A stretch of 64,000 nucleotides of DNA from Trueperaceae bacterium (GTDB taxonomy: Bacteria; Deinococcota; Deinococci; Deinococcales; Trueperaceae). Made by a program: the position numbers and the translations under genes. How positions within the stretch are numbered: the first letter of the stretch is position 1; each line of letters starts with the position of its first letter. The notes beneath the pieces are model-generated. The model was not told where the DNA came from, made no database searches, and worked only from the letters and a program-made list of their open reading frames with translations. The DNA is taken from NCBI GenBank assembly GCA_965215565.1, contig CBDCDZ010000004.1:384001-448000 (forward strand). The letters run 5' to 3'. Below, one piece after another: positions 20,088 through 30,683 of the stretch.

Positions 20088-21152
20088 TCAGTTCTGAACG
20101 CTCGTCTGCGCCATTTGCAACTCACTGAGCCGCACGGTGTTCTGCATAACGAGGTCGCCGTCCACCGCCCGAATCTCCATCGTGACCTCGGGATCGGGCG
20201 CGTCCCAGTCGATACTCAGGAGACCGTAGTTATCAAAGAAGTAGACATCACCTAAACGGTTCGCGTCGGGCGGGATGCTCTCCCAGTTCTCGGTTAAGCC
20301 GCTCGAGTTGACTTCCCAGAGCGGATAGGGCGCGTCAGAGGTGCGCTTGGAGAACTGCGCCCAGTGCGTGTCGCCCGTGATGAAGAATGTGCCGTTTGCG
20401 CCCGTTTCTTGAATGAGGTCCACCATACGCCCCTTCTCGTCTGGAAAGTTCGCCCAGGTCTCCCAACCTGTGCCGTCTTGCAAAAAGGGGATGCTCGTGC
20501 CGATGATATGCAGCTCGGCAGGTTCGCGGAGCGTCTCTTCTAACCAGGTCCACTGCGCCTCGCTGAGCATCCTTGCGTCGGGTCCGGTCGTCGCCGTGTA
20601 GGGTCCCGCGCCGACCTCTTGCCGCGCTTCGTACTCGGCGTCGCTGACCTCATTGATGGGCGAACGCGCCCAGCGTGTGTCGAGCAGGATGATTTGGACG
20701 CGCTGTCCCGCTGGTCCATACGTGTACGACGTGTAGATGCCGCCGTCGCGGGTGCGCCGTTCTGTACCCTCGGGCTCGTTAAAGAAGTCGAGGAAAATCT
20801 CTTTGGACTGCGCCTTCATCGGGTACTCGCGCCCCGCGTCGTTCTCGCCGTAGTCGTGGTCGTCCCAAGTGGCGATGACCTCGGACTGCTCCAAGAGTTG
20901 CTGATAGCCCTCGTTCGCCCCGAGCATCTCGTACGCGCCTCGGAGTTCGGCGGGGTCTTCAGTGTCGCCGTAGACGTTATCACCTAAAAAGATGAATACG
21001 TCGGGGTTACTGTCTACAACAGCGTTCCAGACAGCTTGCGGGCTGCTCTGCTCGGCGCAGGAGCCAAACGCGATACGGGTGATGGGCATGTCTTGGGCGA
21101 AGATTACGCCAACAGATGAACTTAGAAAGAGACTGAGAATGAAACGCTTCAC
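20088..21152 (-). CDS. phoD: Alkaline phosphatase D family protein
   Basis: IAFGSC, LGDNVYGD, TWDDHDY, LLDTR, TGDTH. Confidence 0.88.
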   Translation of the reverse strand: MKRFILSLFLSSSVGVIFAQDMPITRIAFGSCAEQSSPQAVWNAVVDSNPDVFIFLGDNVYGDTEDPAELRGAYEMLGANEGYQQLLEQSEVIATWDDHDYGENDAGREYPMKAQSKEIFLDFFNEPEGTERRTRDGGIYTSYTYGPAGQRVQIILLDTRWARSPINEVSDAEYEARQEVGAGPYTATTGPDARMLSEAQWTWLEETLREPAELHIIGTSIPFLQDGTGWETWANFPDEKGRMVDLIQETGANGTFFITGDTHWAQFSKRTSDAPYPLWEVNSSGLTENWESIPPDANRLGDVYFFDNYGLLSIDWDAPDPEVTMEIRAVDGDLVMQNTVRLSELQMAQTSVQN

Positions 21153-21991
21153 TGTTGGCCTCTCGAGCTGCTCGCACTTGACGTGCGCAAAAAGGCTTCC
21201 AAGCCTGCTAGGTCGTCCGTGTTGATGTGGTCCACACCGACCTCATCCAGGACGCGCCACACCGCCTCGCGTGCCGGACCGGGCTCGTCCGGCGTCGCCC
21301 AGAAGCGCATCGTGCGCCCGCTCTCGTGCGCAGTGCGGACAATACGCTCCAACTTCTGCCGCTCCGCTCTAGGTATCTCGCCCTCGCCGTTCCAAATGAA
21401 GTTCGAGGTCCAGCGGTCGCTGATGAGTGGGATAAAGCTAGCTGGTGCGTCCGAGCCCAGGTCGTCCAAGCGTCCGTCGTACCCGGCGTAGCGCGTCGCT
21501 TGGGCTTGCATCAGCTCGCGTGGGCGGTTGCCGGAGATAATGGCGGTGACAGGACCTTGTTGAGCACCGTTCTCACCATAAGCTGTAAGGATATCTTTGT
21601 AAGACGCCAGTACCTCGTGAAGCGCTCTATAGGTCGCCTCCTCGTCCGTCTTGATATCGATAAGGAGCGTCAGCGATTCATCGCTACCTTCGTAGACCGA
21701 GCCGCTATTCTGCTCGATGCGCGCCCGCAGCGGGTCCAGGTAGAGCGATTCTAAAGTCCTTCCCAAGCGCAACTCGTGTGCGTCGTGCCCGACAAACAGT
21801 TCGCCGAACACGAGAAAGATATCGGCCTCCACGCTAGTGAAGCCGTAGCTGAGCGCGTCGTAGAGCGGGCGCTCGTGTTCATAGTCGTTGTGGGCGTGCG
21901 CTTGCTCTAAAGGCACAACAGACTGGGCAACAGCGAGGGGAACGGTAAAGAGTAGAAGAGCTGCTGCGAGGTGAAAAGCTTGGCGCATCAT
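21149..21991 (-). CDS. PI-PLC/glycerophosphodiester phosphodiesterase-like secreted protein
   Basis: AHAHNDYEH, SVEAD, LLIDIK, RFWATPD, INTDDL. Confidence 0.85.
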   Translation of the reverse strand: MMRQAFHLAAALLLFTVPLAVAQSVVPLEQAHAHNDYEHERPLYDALSYGFTSVEADIFLVFGELFVGHDAHELRLGRTLESLYLDPLRARIEQNSGSVYEGSDESLTLLIDIKTDEEATYRALHEVLASYKDILTAYGENGAQQGPVTAIISGNRPRELMQAQATRYAGYDGRLDDLGSDAPASFIPLISDRWTSNFIWNGEGEIPRAERQKLERIVRTAHESGRTMRFWATPDEPGPAREAVWRVLDEVGVDHINTDDLAGLEAFLRTSSASSSRGQQ

Positions 21992-22052
21992 GCAACCTCC
22001 CGTGTGGTGCTTGTTGAGGGTTGCCCAGGGCATCTTTCTTTATAGACGCTCG

Positions 22053-22072
22053 AGGTCAGCGCAAGGTCAGCG
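22053..22072 (-). promoter_or_regulatory. 11-bp-period direct repeat, candidate PhoB/OmpR-type box
   Basis: AGGTCAGCG twice (22053, 22064), just upstream of minus-strand TATAAA of the phosphatase operon. Confidence 0.45.
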
Positions 22073-22107
22073 GTTAGATAAGGGATTTAGCCTATATAGA
22101 AGTAGCG

Positions 22108-22141
22108 CTTCTGCGACGAACGCGCGCAACTGTTGCGTTAG
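22108..22141. repeat. 34-bp site, copy 6 (overlaps GNAT stop codon)
   Basis: CTTCTGCGACGAAC-GCGCGC-AACTGTTGCGTTAG. Confidence 0.85.
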
Positions 22142-22773
22142 CGCATCTCTTGTACAGGTCGCCACATGAACCAGAAGGGCGGTCCGCCGGGTAGCAGGCT
22201 CTCCTCATAGCGGATAATGTTGAAGCCGTGCTTTTCGTAGAGCCGCACATTAGACTCGAGCATCGTCTCCAAGTAGCAGCCATATCCGGTTCTCTCGCTC
22301 CGCCCGAGCCCTTCACGAACTAGATACGATCCAACCCCCTGCCCTTGCTTTTCTTTAATAACACCTAGCACGACCAGATACCAATGAGGCTCCTTAGGGT
22401 GGGCGACGTCGATCACGCTGCCCAGCTTGGCAAGGCGAGGAAAAGCCCGCGGGTCGGCAAGGGCGATACGTAGGAGCGGTAAGGCGGCGCGCACCTGTCG
22501 TCGCAGGGTCATCACCGCGTGACCCGGAGGCAGCCACACCGCTACACCGGCAATACGGTCGTCCTCGAGCGCGACGCTTACGTGTCCGTACCATAGGGCG
22601 TCCGTGAGGGCGACTCGAAAAAAAGCGGGCAGTAGCCTTTTGCGCTTCGCCTTATCAGACCAAACACTCATAAACTGGGGAGCGTCATAGAAGCTCTCAG
22701 CTAAGACCGCTGCGGTCTCGTCTAAGCGCGAACGGTCTGAGAGGTCGAGTATCTGGATGGATGATGGGGTCAT
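22138..22773 (-). CDS. GNAT family N-acetyltransferase
   Basis: HWYLVVLGV, QGQGVGS, YLET, NVRLYEKHGF. Confidence 0.9.
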   Translation of the reverse strand: MTPSSIQILDLSDRSRLDETAAVLAESFYDAPQFMSVWSDKAKRKRLLPAFFRVALTDALWYGHVSVALEDDRIAGVAVWLPPGHAVMTLRRQVRAALPLLRIALADPRAFPRLAKLGSVIDVAHPKEPHWYLVVLGVIKEKQGQGVGSYLVREGLGRSERTGYGCYLETMLESNVRLYEKHGFNIIRYEESLLPGGPPFWFMWRPVQEMR

Positions 22774-22867
22774 AGGGCTACCTCGCCCTTTAGGTTAGCG
22801 CGAGTGCTGCCCCGGCGCATGTGCTGAAGGTCATGCGTCAAAACGTTCTGGAGCTCCTTGATACAGC

Positions 22868-22901
22868 TTAGTGCGACAGACGCGCGCGACTCTCGCATTG
22901 C
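22868..22901. repeat. 34-bp site, copy 7
   Basis: TTAGTGCGACAGAC-GCGCGC-GACTCTCGCATTGC. Confidence 0.8.
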
Positions 22902-22993
22902 GTTCAGGCACCCCTTGAGCCGCCTTCCAGTCGGCGTGGCAAAAAGCGGGCAGTCCTGCCACCAATAGTGGTACAATTGCCAAGAGGTGCAAG

Positions 22994-23386
22994 ATGACCG
23001 TCCAACAGTTAGTTCAAGGCAACAGCACGGAGCGCATTGCAGCAGTTCGCGAAGGACTCTCCTTCGAGAGCTTCGTCACGCTGCGTGAAGCCTTAGACGT
23101 GGGTACAGATGAGCTCGCTCAGCTTTTGGGCATTCCCCGTCGCACGCTGACCAAGCGGCAGAGCGAGGGCGTCTTCAAGCTTGCCGAGAGCAACGCCATC
23201 AGCCGGGTGGCTCGCGTGTACAAGGAAACGCTCGACTTCTTCAGTGATGAGGCAGACACGCTGAGATGGCTTAAAACGCCTCTGCCCGCGCTTGGCGGCG
23301 CACCTTTAAGCTTACTTGATACCGATCCAGGCGCTGACGCGGTGAGTACACTCCTCACTCAGCTCGCTTGGGGCATCTATCCTTGA
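22994..23386 (+). CDS. Xre/MbcA/ParS-type antitoxin
   Basis: LGIPRRTLTKR HTH; WLKTPLPALGGAPLSLLDT..G. Confidence 0.9.
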   Translation: MTVQQLVQGNSTERIAAVREGLSFESFVTLREALDVGTDELAQLLGIPRRTLTKRQSEGVFKLAESNAISRVARVYKETLDFFSDEADTLRWLKTPLPALGGAPLSLLDTDPGADAVSTLLTQLAWGIYP

Positions 23387-23838
23387 TCGTCGCTTGGCGG
23401 CTCACCCACGAGCGCTTCAAAGACCAAGCAGTAAGCGGTAACGGTGGGCTGTTCGCCCCCGGACGTTGGCATAGCCAAGGAAAACGAATTGTATATAGCT
23501 CAAGCAGCTTGGCGCTTGCCACGCTCGAGCTGTTCGTGAACTTGCAGAACAAGCGGCAGCTCGCCCACTATGTCAAGAGCCGAATAGAGATTCCTCAAGA
23601 GCTTACCGAAACCCTAGAGGAAGATGCTCTAAGGACGTTTTTACGGGCTCCCGACCAGTTTGACAGCCGTGGCTACGGCGACTCGTGGCTCGCTGGGGAG
23701 CGAAGCTGTGTACTCCAGGTTCCGAGTCGGGTGGTACCGCAGGAATGGAACTACCTCATCAACCCATTGCACACAGATTTCGAGAAGATCGTCGCCTCGA
23801 CTAGCCTATACGAGGTGGATGAGCGCCTTTTGCTATAA
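23383..23838 (+). CDS. RES domain toxin (MbcT/ParT-like)
   Basis: GRWH, YSSSSLALATLE, VPSRVVPQEWNYLINPLH; TTG overlaps the antitoxin stop. Confidence 0.9.
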   Translation: MIVAWRLTHERFKDQAVSGNGGLFAPGRWHSQGKRIVYSSSSLALATLELFVNLQNKRQLAHYVKSRIEIPQELTETLEEDALRTFLRAPDQFDSRGYGDSWLAGERSCVLQVPSRVVPQEWNYLINPLHTDFEKIVASTSLYEVDERLLL

Positions 23839-23851
23839 AGCAGTAGTCAGA

Positions 23852-23885
23852 GTTGTGCGTGAAACGCGCGCGTCACACGCAGAAG
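23852..23885. repeat. 34-bp site, copy 8
   Basis: GTTGTGCGTGAAAC-GCGCGC-GTCACACGCAGAAG. Confidence 0.85.
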
Positions 23886-23934
23886 AGAAAACGCTACGAA
23901 AGGCTTGCATTGCCGCACAAACTTCGGCGGCAGG

Positions 23935-24705
23935 TTACGTCAGCGCCACGCCCGATACTTGGCGGCAGTACTCGAGCAAACGGTCCTGCAAGTCGGGGTC
24001 TCGCGCCGCCGGATGGACCTCGCCAGGTCGCTGGTGATAGAAAAAACCGCCGCTCCGCTGCGCTTCTGGATCGCCGCTCACCGCCAACCACGCCTGGGTC
24101 AGGTGGGCCTGATCGAGATCGTCGGGCGCACTAGGACCGCCCATACGGGTTGCCACCCAGCCGGGGCTGACCACGTTCGACGCTACGTAAGGCCAATGCC
24201 GTGCCACGCCGAAAGCGAGCAGCACATCGTGGAGCTTCGTATCGGAATAAGCCTGAGCACCGTTCCAGCGGCGATTGGCGTATTGCAGATCTTCCAGACT
24301 CGCGTCGCCGCCCAAGTGCATACCCGAACTCAAGTAGACCAGTCGTTCGGGCTTTTCCATGAGCGCGGTGAGCATGTAGGGCGCGAGTACGTTGACAGCC
24401 CAGAGTTGGGATAACCCGTCTTCCGTCTCGACGCGGCGAGATTCACGGTAGCCGAGCCCGACGTTATGGACCACTGCGTCAAAGGGGTTGAGCGTGTTAG
24501 CTTGGTCGGCGACACCGCGCATCGCTGCGAGCGTTGACACGTCACCGACCAGCACCGCCTCGGCTTGCGGCAACGCAGCCCGCGTATCCTCTGCCCGCGC
24601 CTCGTTCCTAACGTGGAGCACGACGGCGTGCCCTTGCTCGGCGAGAAGGCGACCTACCATCAAGCCGAGTCCGTCCGATGAACCGGTGATGAAAACTTTT
24701 GCCAT
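23935..24705 (-). CDS. SDR family oxidoreductase
   Basis: ITGSSDGLG; YSDTK (YxxxK). Confidence 0.9.
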   Translation of the reverse strand: MAKVFITGSSDGLGLMVGRLLAEQGHAVVLHVRNEARAEDTRAALPQAEAVLVGDVSTLAAMRGVADQANTLNPFDAVVHNVGLGYRESRRVETEDGLSQLWAVNVLAPYMLTALMEKPERLVYLSSGMHLGGDASLEDLQYANRRWNGAQAYSDTKLHDVLLAFGVARHWPYVASNVVSPGWVATRMGGPSAPDDLDQAHLTQAWLAVSGDPEAQRSGGFFYHQRPGEVHPAARDPDLQDRLLEYCRQVSGVALT

Positions 24706-24792
24706 CTCGTCCTCCTTCGTGTCCGCCGCTAGGCGGCGTTCAGTCTGTAGGACGCTCTGTGGCGAGTGCCATCCTTAGAAGCCGATGCCCTT

Positions 24793-25689
24793 TCAGTTGT
24801 TGAAGTAGTAGCCCTGCTCGAGGTCTTCGGCGAGTCCCGGCTCAGTCGGCTGCCACCCCAGTCGCTCGCGGGTCAGCGTGCTCGAGGTCGGGTTGTCAGC
24901 GGCAATGACGAACGAGAGCCAACCGAAGTGCTCACCCACCTCTTCCAGAGACTTGCTGACCACTGGTACGCTCAAGCGTTCGCCGATGACCTCAGCGATG
25001 TCCCGGACCAGTATGCCTTCCTCGGCGACCCCGTGGAGCCTCGAGCCTGCCGGTGCCCGCTCTAAGGCCAGGCGGAAGAGGCGCGCGGCGTCGCGGCGGT
25101 GCACCGCAGGCCAGCGGTTAGCGCCGTCCCCTACATAGGCTGAGACGCCCTCTGCGCGGGCGAGGCCGATAAGCGCCGGGACAAACGCGATGTCGCCATC
25201 GCCGTGGACCGAGGGCGGCAACCGCACCAGAGACGAGCGCACCCCGCGCGAGGCCAGAGAAAGCGCTGCCTCTTCAGACGGCAGGCGGACCGCCGAGGCC
25301 GAGCTGACCTCAGCAGCGTCTTCTTCCGTGACCGGCTTCTTGGCTGCAACCACAGTGGTCCCGGAGGTGATGACGAGTGGCCGACCCGATCCAACTAACG
25401 CCTCTCCCATGACCTCAACGGCGCGGCAGTCAATCTCGCCGGCTTTCTCGTATTGTGAGAAGTCGTGGACGAACGCGAGGTGGATGACCCCATCGGACGC
25501 CGTAGCGCCGGCACGGAGGCTATCCAGGTCGCCCAGCGACCCGCGGTGCACCTCGGCTCCGGCGGCGGTGAGGTCCTGAGCGGAAGCATCCGAACGGGCG
25601 AGACCGAGCACCTGATGCCCCGCACCGAGCAGCTCTTGAACGACGGCGGAGCCGATAAAGCCTGTTGCGCCAGTTACAAAAACACGCAT
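24793..25689 (-). CDS. NAD-dependent epimerase/extended SDR
   Basis: VTGATGFIG; VIHLAF. Confidence 0.9.
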   Translation of the reverse strand: MRVFVTGATGFIGSAVVQELLGAGHQVLGLARSDASAQDLTAAGAEVHRGSLGDLDSLRAGATASDGVIHLAFVHDFSQYEKAGEIDCRAVEVMGEALVGSGRPLVITSGTTVVAAKKPVTEEDAAEVSSASAVRLPSEEAALSLASRGVRSSLVRLPPSVHGDGDIAFVPALIGLARAEGVSAYVGDGANRWPAVHRRDAARLFRLALERAPAGSRLHGVAEEGILVRDIAEVIGERLSVPVVSKSLEEVGEHFGWLSFVIAADNPTSSTLTRERLGWQPTEPGLAEDLEQGYYFNN

Positions 25690-25782
25690 GTTAAACTCCC
25701 TTCGTGGCTAAGCATTATCGGCTTAAAGCCGCCTTGATAAAAGTCGTGACGGCATACCGGTATAGCGACTAACAGGCTAAAT

Positions 25783-26646
25783 ATGACGGAGACCTTCACA
25801 GACGACAACGCACTAGGAGCCTACCTCAGAAATCGTCGCGCCCGGCTCGACCCCGCCGACTTTGGCTTTTCCGGGCGGCGGCGGACGCCCGGGCTGCGGC
25901 GCGAAGAGGTCGCCCAACGTGCTAACCTCAGCGTCACCTGGTACACCTGGCTCGAGCAGGGGCGCGGCGGCACACCCTCGGCTAACGTACTCGAGCGGCT
26001 TGCCCGCGCCCTGGTGCTGACGCCCGCCGAGCGGGAACATCTCTTTTTATTAGCGCAGCACCGACCACCCGAAGTCCGCTGCCAGGTCGGGGAGGTCACG
26101 CCACATCTTCAGCGGGTACTCGACGCACTCGAATTCAGCCCAGCCCTTGTCAAGACCCCGACCTGGGATGTGCTCGCCTGGAACCGCGCGGCGGCGGCGG
26201 TGCTAACCGACTACGGCACGCTCGAGGCCGAGGAGCGCAATATCCTCCGCCTCGTCTTTGGAGACCTCCGCGCCCGCGCTGCCAATCCGGGCTGGGAGAG
26301 CAGTGCCCGCTTCGTACTAGCGACGTTTCGCCTGGAGGTGGTCCGCGCCAGGGTCGGTGTCAGCGGGGAGCTGCTGGTTGAGGAGCTGAGCCAGTCGAGC
26401 CCTGAGTTCAGGACGATGTGGCGCGAGAATGAGGTTGGCACATATGGCGAGGGCACCAAGCATCTCGAGCATTCAGAGGCAGGGTCGTTGGCGCTGGACT
26501 ACTCGACCTTCGCCGTTGACGGACAGCCTGGCCTCGGCTTAGTCGTTTTCAATCCGACCACGCCCACAGATGCGGAGCGGGTCCGCTCGCTCGTCAAAGC
26601 GCACGCCGTTGTCTCGGCACGACCATCGGCGTCGCGCCCTAGCTAG
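25783..26646 (+). CDS. XRE-HTH/MmyB-like transcriptional regulator
   Basis: RRRTPGLRREEVA, WYTWLEQGR, WDVLAWN. Confidence 0.9.
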   Translation: MTETFTDDNALGAYLRNRRARLDPADFGFSGRRRTPGLRREEVAQRANLSVTWYTWLEQGRGGTPSANVLERLARALVLTPAEREHLFLLAQHRPPEVRCQVGEVTPHLQRVLDALEFSPALVKTPTWDVLAWNRAAAAVLTDYGTLEAEERNILRLVFGDLRARAANPGWESSARFVLATFRLEVVRARVGVSGELLVEELSQSSPEFRTMWRENEVGTYGEGTKHLEHSEAGSLALDYSTFAVDGQPGLGLVVFNPTTPTDAERVRSLVKAHAVVSARPSASRPS

Positions 26647-26765
26647 AACAAGCATCAAGCTCAGTCGGATGTTATACTGGCTCGTCCAGCAAGTTAGAGC
26701 TTCCGAAGGTGTCCAGAAGTTTGGCACTGTTGATGTCATTAGTAAACATCTAGCACAGATGACGA

Positions 26766-27050
26766 TCAATCTGGCCAACTCTCTTCGCTATAATCACCAT
26801 GAACAGGGTGCGATCCGAAGCGACCATTCTCGCGGAAAAGCACCGCATAGTCCCTAGTCGCGTCGCGTCCGTCGAAGTTCGCTTGTTTAAGCGACTCGAG
26901 CACCAGGTCCGTCGACTGACTTGGTGATTGCCGCACCTCGGAGCGTACCCGAGAGGACCGTTTCGACCTGCTCGACCCTTGACTGACCCCGTGAACCTTG
27001 CGAAGGTGCTTTTCGAGATTCTTCGCCCTTACTTGTGAAGGGCACTCCGC
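26766..27050 (-). pseudogene. 3' remnant of a hypothetical gene with a C2H2-like motif, decapitated by IS3
   Basis: Open frame without start: ECPSQVRAKNLEKHLRKVH...FRENGRFGSHPVHGDYSEESWPD*. Confidence 0.45.
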
Positions 27051-27542
27051 ATGCTTTGGATGATGCCGTTGGTAGTCAGTTCGCTTCGGAAGGCGTGGCT
27101 AGCGTATTGAGAACCCTGGTCCGAATGATGAACGAGCCCTGCTAAGCTATGGCGCTGCTGGGTTGCCATTGCCAGCGCCGAGCGGGTTAAGTCGTCAGTG
27201 AGCCTTTCTGAGAACGCTCAGCCAATGACTCTGCGACTAAAGAGGTCAAGCGTCATAGCCAGGTAAAGCCAGCCTTCAGCAGTGGCAAGGTAGGTGATGT
27301 CGCTTGCCCAAATAGTATTAGGCTCTGCTGCGCTGAAGTTCTGCTGCACTAAGTTCTCAGCTTTAGGGCGCTGGTGCTTGGAATTTGTCGTGGTTTTATA
27401 TTTTCGTTTCGTTTTACCTCTCAGCCCCGCCGCTTTCATCAGGCGCGCGACGCGCTTGCGTCCAACACTGTGTCCAGCAGCCTTGAGGTCGCTATGGATG
27501 CGCGGCGAGCCATATGTACAACGACTTCCGCAGTGGAACTTA

Positions 27543-28661
27543 TACCAAACTGAAAGATAGAAGTCACAGTTTGCCAAGTTGAGAGACAGCGAAATGCCAC
27601 CAGGGGAAGTTCGTCAAAAGTTCTAAAGGTTCCTTGTCGCTAGTGAATTGCTCGAGGACTCGGGTCAGCGCATCGTGAAGCGCATCAATAGTGCCGAAGC
27701 AGCAATTGGCGAGAGCGCGGCGAAACTCTTGAAACCAGCGCTCGACGGGGTTAAGTTCAGGGCTGTAGGGGGGCAAGGCGATGGAGAAGATATTCTCGGG
27801 AACCTCTATATCCTCCTTGCGGTGCGCCGGGGCGTTGTCCTTGAGTAGAAGAATCAGATCGTTAGGATAGGTTCGGCTGAATTCGGCGAGGAAGACCTCA
27901 TAGCAGTCACCGTCAAGTCTAGGAAGATAAAGACTGCAACTTTCACCCGTCATCGGTTCGACTGCGGTATAGAACCACGTCCATTCGTACTTACGTTGCA
28001 CGACGCAAGGTGGTCTAATACCTCGGCGACAGTAACGGCGTTTATGCCAGTTAATGAGCCCAAAGCGGGCTTCATCCATCGCAAAAACGCGGATGCGCTC
28101 ATAGCTTTCTTTGTCTTTTGGGAGTCTCGCAGCTAAGCGCCCGGCGAAGTTTTTTTGAACTCGGCTTGTGTTTCGGCATCCGCCTTCTCATGGCGGGGCC
28201 GTCCTACTTTGGCTTTGATCTGGTGGCGCTTGAACAGCTTGAGCACGCTACTGTCGTCTTTGTAGCTTACTCCGTGTTCGGCTACAAGTCGACGCGCTTG
28301 AGCATAGGTCGCTATCTCGCCTACGACAAGCGCGTCATTGAGCGCTTGCCAGGCTGCTTCTGTCATGCGCTCACCTGACGCCTTCCCCTGCTGCGATGGA
28401 GTTAGCAACGCATGTAGCCCCGCTTGCCGATACGCCTCAAACCACCGTTGACATTGCCGCAAGCTATAGCCTATTTGCTGCGCTACAGTAGGCAAACTCC
28501 TTGCTTCGCCGCTTTTGAGTTGCTTGAGCATACTCAGTCTTGTTCCTATTACGCTACGGCGATGCTCGCGTAAGAGCCTCGCCAATTCCTCCGGGCTTTC
28601 TTGAATAATTGCCTCATAATTGTGCATCCTTGTATTATGACATTGTTACTTCAGTTTGGTA
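27543..28661 (-). mobile_element. IS630 family element (two ORFs, 28133-28627 and 27564-~28150, A7 slip site)
   Basis: DEARFG, DNAPAH, LPPYSPELNPVE; 12-bp IR TACCAAACTGAA; TTA on both flanks. Confidence 0.9.
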
Positions 28662-29146
28662 TTAGTAATCTGCTCGGTGAGCGTTTCGTCCTCCTGCGCT
28701 CGCTTACTTGCAGGGCGTTTCAGCCAATCATAGAAACCGCTCACAGAAACCTGCAACACCTCAGCCATCAAGCTCACTGCCCACTGGCTGCGGTGCTCTC
28801 GGATGAAAGCGTATCTCACGTGCTTTCTTTCGCGAAGAACCCGACTGCCTTTTTTAGAATGTCACGCTCCTGTTTCACTCGCACGAGTTCTTTCTTCAGG
28901 CGCAGATTCTCCTCTTGCTCAGCCGTCAAAGCGACCCTGCCGTTGCCCGGAAACGCCAGCTCACCGCGCTCTTGCGCTTGCTTGCGCCCTTTCTAAAGGC
29001 TATGGTCGGATACGCCCAATTCCTCGGCTATTTGAACCACGCTTACACCCGGTTGCTGGCTTAGCCGCACGGCTTCCCGTTTGAATTCTGCCGTGTAGGT
29101 TCTTCTTGTCATGATGCCTCCATTCTCGCATTAGAGGCTTAACCTA

Positions 29147-30492
29147 TGGGCTTGGCTTAGAACCTTGGACACTCGAAGTATACAGCTACGCGGCTAGGCT
29201 CACCTCCTGATTCTCTTTTTTCTGTTGAGATAGTTCGAAAGTATCCGGCGTCTCGTAGCCGAGCGAGCTGTGCAGCCGCTCACGGTTGTATATAGACCTC
29301 GATATATTCGAACACGGCAACTCGGGCGTCATCGCGCGTAGCAAAGCGCTCAATGGGATAGACAAGTTCGCGTTTGAGCGTAGACCAGAAGCTCTCGATC
29401 GCAGCGTTGTCGAAGCACGCCCCCTTACCTGTAAAGCTTGGCAGCATCTTGTGCGTTTCGAGTTCGCGCTGGTAGGCATAGGAGGTGTATTGAGAACCCC
29501 TATCGCTATGATGGATCAGACCGGGCGGAGGTTTGCGCCGGGTCGTGGCTGAGCGCAGGGCTTGCAGCACGAGGTCAGTTTTCATGTTGTCTGCCATCGC
29601 ATAACCGACGATGCGCTTCGAGAAACCGTCCATGACGCCCGCCAAGTAAAGCCAGCCCTCAGCAGTAGGAATATACGTGATATCCACGTGCCAGACCTGA
29701 TTGATAGCGCTCGGACGCGGCTGTTCTAGCAAAAGGTTCTGGGTCTCAAGCTCGCAGCGCTCATGTTTGGAACGGTGTTTCTTGTGACTCACAGCGTAGA
29801 GCCCTTCACGCCGCATCAGCCTTTTGACTCATCCAGGGAACAGGCAACGTGTTGTTTCTTCAATTCGGCGTGGACACGGGGGCTGCCATAGCGTCCCTTG
29901 TTCTTCTCGAACACCGCCTTGATCTTCGCCAACAGCTCGGCGTTCTTTCGCTCGCGCTCGCTTGGCTCTCGGTGCTGACGAGCCCGCCAGTGGTAGTAGC
30001 TGCTCCTAGTCACGCCCAAGACCTCGCACAGCATGGAGACGGAGAACTCGCCCTGGTGCGCTTCGACGAAAGCGCAATTTAGGTCGTGTGTTTCGCAAAG
30101 TAGATGGCAGCCTTTTTTACAATCGCCAACTCCGTCTCGAGCCGTGACCGAAGGAAATCCTTTAGGGCTTCACCTCCGAGCGTAGACGCCGCAACTCGGC
30201 TTCATCAGCCGTGGGCTGTGCCCGTTTATGCCCCATCACTAAGCGCCCTCCCCGGTACTGCTTACGCCACTTGTGGATGTTCGACTCGGAAATGCCCAGA
30301 CTTCTCGCCGCCTCGGTGATACCGCCGTTCGTCCAGCTCGACTGGATAGCCCTTTTTCTCAACAAGTTCCACCGCGTCGATCTTAAACTCTACCGGATAC
30401 TGTCTGACTACTCTTTTTCCTTCTGCCATCATTCATCTCCTTGTCAAAGTCTACGTTCTACTAACTTTGTCCAAGGTGATAGGCCAACGCCA
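29147..30492 (-). mobile_element. IS3 family element (frameshifted)
   Basis: 26-bp imperfect IRs TGGGCTTGGCTTAGAACCTTGGACAC vs TGGCGTTGGCCTATCACCTTGGACAA; CTA duplication; WHVDITY, HSDRGSQY, DNAAIESF. Confidence 0.9.
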
Positions 30493-30572
30493 CTAGTCTC
30501 CGTTTTAGCGGGGCAATATCAGTATTGAGCGTATCTCTGTGGAGAGAGAGGCGCAAGGGGGATTGAATTAGG

Positions 30573-30620
30573 TGTGCACTACTCCCTACTCGGGAGAGTA
30601 GTGCACAGTAAAAAATAAAA
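30573..30620 (-). terminator. Probable intrinsic terminator
   Basis: TGTGCACTACTC/GAGTAGTGCACA stem downstream of 30684-32927. Confidence 0.5.
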
Positions 30621-30683
30621 CTGAAGCAAAGATTAAGCCCCTCTCGAGGAGGGGCGGGAGTTCACTAGCGTACGAACTGTATG

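Larger units (their letters stand above)
27047..30521 (-). mobile_element. IS3 family element (3'-truncated), interrupted by IS630 and a second IS3
   Basis: orfA from 29112 (YTAEFKREAV...ILKKAVGFF, internal stop); orfB YGSPRI, WASDITY, HHSDQGSQY; left end TGATATTGCCCC at 30521. Confidence 0.8.

Noticed and set aside
22770..22976. 68-aa ORF between GNAT and antitoxin
   Set aside because: Spans a 34-bp site and a divergent promoter region; no motif.
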